A DNA stretch of 64,000 bases from Candidatus Methanomethylicia archaeon (lineage in GTDB: Archaea; Thermoproteota; Methanomethylicia; Culexarchaeales; Culexarchaeaceae): the NCBI GenBank assembly GCA_038727515.1, contig JAVYVS010000001.1:160001-224000 (forward strand), in the 5' to 3' direction. Both the position numbers and the translations under genes were made by a program. Positions 60,127-64,000 of this stretch are shown piece by piece. The stretch's first letter is position 1; every line of letters begins with the position of its first letter. Below the pieces are notes generated by a model, which was not told where the DNA came from, ran no database searches, and saw only the letters and a program-made list of their open reading frames with translations.

Positions 60127-60828
60127 ATGGAAAAAGAAGTAATAGTTAAACTAGAAAACATACATAAAGCCTATAAAATTGGAGAAAACCTATACTGGGC
60201 ATTAAAAGGAATAAACCTAGAAATAAGAAGTGGAGAATTAATATCAATAATGGGACCATCAGGATCAGGGAAAACAACACTACTAAACATGATGGGACTA
60301 CTAGATAAACCAACCATGGGAAAAATAATACTGGAGGGAAGAGACGTAAGCAAACTAGACGATAAAGAACTAGCAAAAATAAGAAACCGAAAAATAGGAT
60401 TCATATTTCAACAATTCAACCTAATAAATAGATTAACAGTACAAGAAAACATTGAACTACCCCTAATAGCAAGAGGAACCCCAAAAAACTTAAGAGAGAA
60501 AATGGCTATAGAAGCACTATTAAAAGCTGGAGGAGAAGAATCATGGCTAAAGAAGAGGCCAAACCAACTCAGCGGAGGACAACAACAAAGAGTAGCCATA
60601 GCAAGAGCACTAGTAACAAACCCAAAAATCATATTAGCAGATGAACCCACAGGAAACCTAGACTCAAACTCAGCGAGAAAAGTAGTGGAAACACTAGTAA
60701 AACTAAACGAAATGGGCCAAACAATAATAATAGTAACACACAACATCGAAGTAGCCAACTCCACACAAAAAATCTACCTACTAAGAGATGGAAAAATAAT
60801 TGGAATAAGAAAACCAGGAGAAACATAA
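60127..60828 (+). CDS. ABC transporter ATP-binding protein (LolD/MacB/SalX type)
   Basis: GPSGSGKTT, GFIFQQFNL, LSGGQQQRVAIARAL, ADEPTGNLD, VTH. Confidence 0.95.
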   Translation: MEKEVIVKLENIHKAYKIGENLYWALKGINLEIRSGELISIMGPSGSGKTTLLNMMGLLDKPTMGKIILEGRDVSKLDDKELAKIRNRKIGFIFQQFNLINRLTVQENIELPLIARGTPKNLREKMAIEALLKAGGEESWLKKRPNQLSGGQQQRVAIARALVTNPKIILADEPTGNLDSNSARKVVETLVKLNEMGQTIIIVTHNIEVANSTQKIYLLRDGKIIGIRKPGET

Positions 60829-60879
60829 ATACAATCTACACTAGGTAAAAAAGATTTAAACATATGTAAATAAAAACAT

Positions 60880-61308
60880 AAAATAGGCTTACCATAGCCA
60901 ATGACAAGAGCCCCAGCCTTAATAGGAAGAGACCAAGTAAACGCCCTCAGCCCAATAGAAGAAGTCAATGCCAAAGGAGGAATAAGATCACTGGGAGGAG
61001 CAAGAATAAGACTCTTCGCAGGTGATGCAAAGGGAGACCCAAAAATGGGAGCAGCAGAAACAGAAAAACTAATAACAGAACTCAAAGTAATATACTAGTA
61101 GGCGCATACCAAAGCACTGTAACAGCCACATACAGTGAAACCGCTGAGAGATATGGCATACCCCTCATAAACCCAGACTCCACACCCAAGCCTCACAGAA
61201 AGAGGATTCAAATAGTTCTTCAGAGTTACACCACACAATGGAATACTAGTGAAAAACATGGTTGACTTCGTAAAAGACCTACAAACAAAAACTACCCCAA
61301 GAACTTAA
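60880..61308 (+). pseudogene. Decayed branched-chain amino acid ABC substrate-binding protein (LivJ-like)
   Basis: KIGLP*PMT...EEVNAKGGIRSLGGA...GDPK.G..E.EKLI / VGAYQS.VT....AERYGIP / LTERGFK*FFRVTP with stops and frameshifts. Confidence 0.88.
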
Positions 61309-61501
61309 AAGATATGGAATACTAACAAAATTCATTGAATACTCAATAACCATGATGAAACAAGAAGAAATAAAACTATTAGAAGAAAAGATAGAGAAGA
61401 GGAAAAAGGAGTTGGAAACAATAAAAACCCTTGAAGACCTACAAATATTCTAAAACTTAATGTACAAATAAATAAAAACCTAGCCTCACATTTTTCAATT
61501 T

Positions 61502-61600
61502 AGAAAATTATCCTATACTTCTTCAATCCACCGCAAACATGAAATTAATGGAAACACTAGTAAAACTAAATGAAATAGGTCAAACAATAGTAATAGCAAC
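61502..61600 (+). pseudogene. Chimeric relic: hbd fragment joined to ABC-ATPase fragment
   Basis: 61516..61553 resembles hbd 58918..58957 (FFNPPQ.MKL.E); 61549..61600 matches 60686..60737 at 47 of 52 nt. Confidence 0.75.
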
Positions 61601-61667
61601 CCAAACAAGATAAATCATACGATTACCGAATATAGATAAATATATATGACGTGAAAACCTTGTATTT

Positions 61668-64000
61668 ATGGAGAATATGAAGAAGACAACCATACTTATC
61701 ATAGCCCTAATATTTAGCATCCTAATACTAGTATACTGTAAAGCAGAGACTATAAACTTCCAAATACTAAATGTAACTTGGAAAACCACAGCCAACACAC
61801 CAGCATACCCAGGAAGCAGAAATGTACAGCTAAGAATAGAATTGAAATATAATGGTACAGAAACCATATATGCATGTAACGGTAGAATAGGGGATCTACC
61901 AAACGGAGTAACCCCAAGTGCAGGACAGGGATATATAAGCCCAGCAAGAAACCCCAATGGAACAACGGTAACCACCCTATATCCAGGAGACATAATATAC
62001 TTCACATACCAACTTGACATAGAGAAGACAGTTCAACCTGGAAACTACACCATAACCCTAACAATAAGCTATAGAACTGGAACATGGATAACTGTTGAGG
62101 AAAAATACCAAATAAACATAAACATAAACAGTTATCCACCAATAAATATCAGCATTATAGATGCATATTTCACACCATCCCCATACCCAAACACATTAAA
62201 CACAAATCTGAGGGTAACCCTTAGAAATAATGGCGAATCAAGAATAACAGGTGGAACAGTAAAACTAAATCTCCCAAGCAACTTCAACCCCACAGAAATG
62301 AAACTTCAACTTCCAGCCATAGATTTAGGTGGACAAGCAACCATAGAATTCAACAATATAAACATAGCTGAAAACACGCAGCCAAACATTTACACAGCCA
62401 CTATACAATTCAATGCCACACTACAAACAAGAGACGGCGTTACATACAACGATACCATAACGAGAAATGTAAATGTAAAAGTTGACCCAACGCCAAACCA
62501 CCTAAAAATACTCATACCAACAACACTACAATGGGGTGAAACGAGACCAACACCCACATATCAAAACACTAGATACACAGCCTTAACCATAACAATAATG
62601 AATAATGGTGGATACGATGCACAGGGGATAACAGCCACAGTAGAATCACAATACCTAAAACCAGTAAAACCAGTAGACACATATCAAGGAAGATTAACCA
62701 CTGGAGGAACATGCACAATAACCCTATACTATGACGTAGACCCATATACACCATTAAAATTCAATATACAAATAACATTATCATACTGGGTAGATCTAGG
62801 TGGAGGAACCATGACCAAAATCACATCCACACACACTCAAACAATAAACATAGAGGAAATGCCGAGGGGTGGAGGAACAGAAATAATATCCACCACATGG
62901 CAAAACAATATAAACGTATACCCAAACACTGAAAACGCTACACTACAAATAACCATAGCCAATAAACAACCATACACAATAAGAGGTTTAAAAGCCACCC
63001 TAAAACTTCCAAATGGTATGAGTGGAAACAATGGGGAATACTCTACAACCTACATTAATGGGCCAATACAATCCTATGCAACCACCACAATACCAATACA
63101 AATAAGTATTGGAGAAATAAAACCGGGGAAATACAAGGCAAAATTAACCCTAGAATACATTGCAGAAACAGGAGGACCTGGAACAAAATTCATAGATCAA
63201 CATGAAATAACAATAAACGTTATAAGCGATATAGAAGCCATAGAAGTAATAAACGTATACTGGATGCAATCAACAGTGGAACCAGGCACATACGGTGCAA
63301 CACTAAGAATAGACATTAGAAACAACTATATAGACGCCATGAATGGCCCAATAATGGAAATAAAACTTCCAAAGGGATTCATAAACGCCTTCGACAATAA
63401 AAGCAACACAATAAAAGTAACACCAGTAACACAACAAGCAATACAACAATTAATACAAACACCAACAAACCTACAAACAATACTCACATTAATGCAAACA
63501 TCAACACAACAAAAACAGCAATATACAAGAGGAGAAACACTAACATTCATAGCACCCATAAACATACATGTAAACAAAACTGGAATATACCATGCCAATA
63601 TAACACTATCATACATTGATGGATGGGGATGCAAAAGAACAGTGGAAGAAACCATTGAAATACCAATACTTGGAGCCACAAAATTCATAAATGCTGAAAT
63701 AAGTGGGAGAATAAACATAAAAAGTAGGTATACCACATTAAACCTAACATTAAATTGCATTGGAAGTTCACCAGCATACAACGTATACATAACCCTAAGA
63801 TCACTACAAACAAACCCAATACTAATAGCAACACCATCAAACATATACCTAGAAAAACTACATGGAGAAATAAACATACCAATAAAATTCGCATACAACC
63901 CCACAGCATCACAAACAGCCCTAGGAGCAACAACAATGATAAACTATGGAGTAATACCCATATCAATACAAATACAATATAGAGATGCCTCTGGAAATCA
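61668..64000 (+). CDS. Large secreted COG1361/S-layer-like Ig-repeat protein (3'-truncated by window)
   Basis: Signal peptide MKKTTILIIALIFSILILVYCKA; repeated YPG/PGxY/L.N.G and I.Y.D..G motifs; the last bases of the window are in the same frame (QIQYRDASGN); absent from the ORF track because there is no stop. Confidence 0.88.
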   Translation, partial: MENMKKTTILIIALIFSILILVYCKAETINFQILNVTWKTTANTPAYPGSRNVQLRIELKYNGTETIYACNGRIGDLPNGVTPSAGQGYISPARNPNGTTVTTLYPGDIIYFTYQLDIEKTVQPGNYTITLTISYRTGTWITVEEKYQINININSYPPINISIIDAYFTPSPYPNTLNTNLRVTLRNNGESRITGGTVKLNLPSNFNPTEMKLQLPAIDLGGQATIEFNNINIAENTQPNIYTATIQFNATLQTRDGVTYNDTITRNVNVKVDPTPNHLKILIPTTLQWGETRPTPTYQNTRYTALTITIMNNGGYDAQGITATVESQYLKPVKPVDTYQGRLTTGGTCTITLYYDVDPYTPLKFNIQITLSYWVDLGGGTMTKITSTHTQTINIEEMPRGGGTEIISTTWQNNINVYPNTENATLQITIANKQPYTIRGLKATLKLPNGMSGNNGEYSTTYINGPIQSYATTTIPIQISIGEIKPGKYKAKLTLEYIAETGGPGTKFIDQHEITINVISDIEAIEVINVYWMQSTVEPGTYGATLRIDIRNNYIDAMNGPIMEIKLPKGFINAFDNKSNTIKVTPVTQQAIQQLIQTPTNLQTILTLMQTSTQQKQQYTRGETLTFIAPINIHVNKTGIYHANITLSYIDGWGCKRTVEETIEIPILGATKFINAEISGRINIKSRYTTLNLTLNCIGSSPAYNVYITLRSLQTNPILIATPSNIYLEKLHGEINIPIKFAYNPTASQTALGATTMINYGVIPISIQIQYRDASGN

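Noticed and set aside
47134-63982. Many long antisense or alternative-frame ORFs (e.g. 52148..52825, 58482..59264, 50961..51545, 63326..63904)
   Set aside because: Explained by extreme strand skew suppressing stop codons; they overlap well-supported genes and lack motifs.

Overview
AT-rich archaeal chromosomal segment, most likely from an anaerobic TACK/Thermoproteota lineage (Methanomethylicia/Culexarchaeia-like; inferred from gene content only). Core content: a lipoate ligase next to a LipS1-type radical SAM; glycine/serine genes (class V aminotransferase, ltaE, serS); a group 3b (sulf)hydrogenase operon; a divergent group 4 membrane [NiFe]-hydrogenase operon headed by a polyferredoxin, a cysteine-free mini-HdrC-like protein and HdrB; TldD/PmbA; dapF; hypF; a complete archaellum operon; hbd/crt; and an ABC ATPase followed by a large COG1361-type surface protein that runs off the window. 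Less explained material: (i) two divergent copies of a four-gene uncharacterised membrane module (DUF6754-type), one complete at 41.5-44.6 kb and one partial at the window start; (ii) a LysW-like zinc ribbon with a 42-residue Glu/Trp tail, followed by a hairpin and an unannotated 15-aa Lys-rich ORF with a perfect SD; (iii) an 80-nt GC-rich, alternatively pairing element at 45.4 kb, inside the zone where + strand composition flips from T/G-rich to A/C-rich; (iv) several gene relics and chimeras, one joined at a visible 9-nt microhomology. No rRNA, tRNA, CRISPR array or transposase was recognised. All family assignments come from motif recognition by eye, not database searches.
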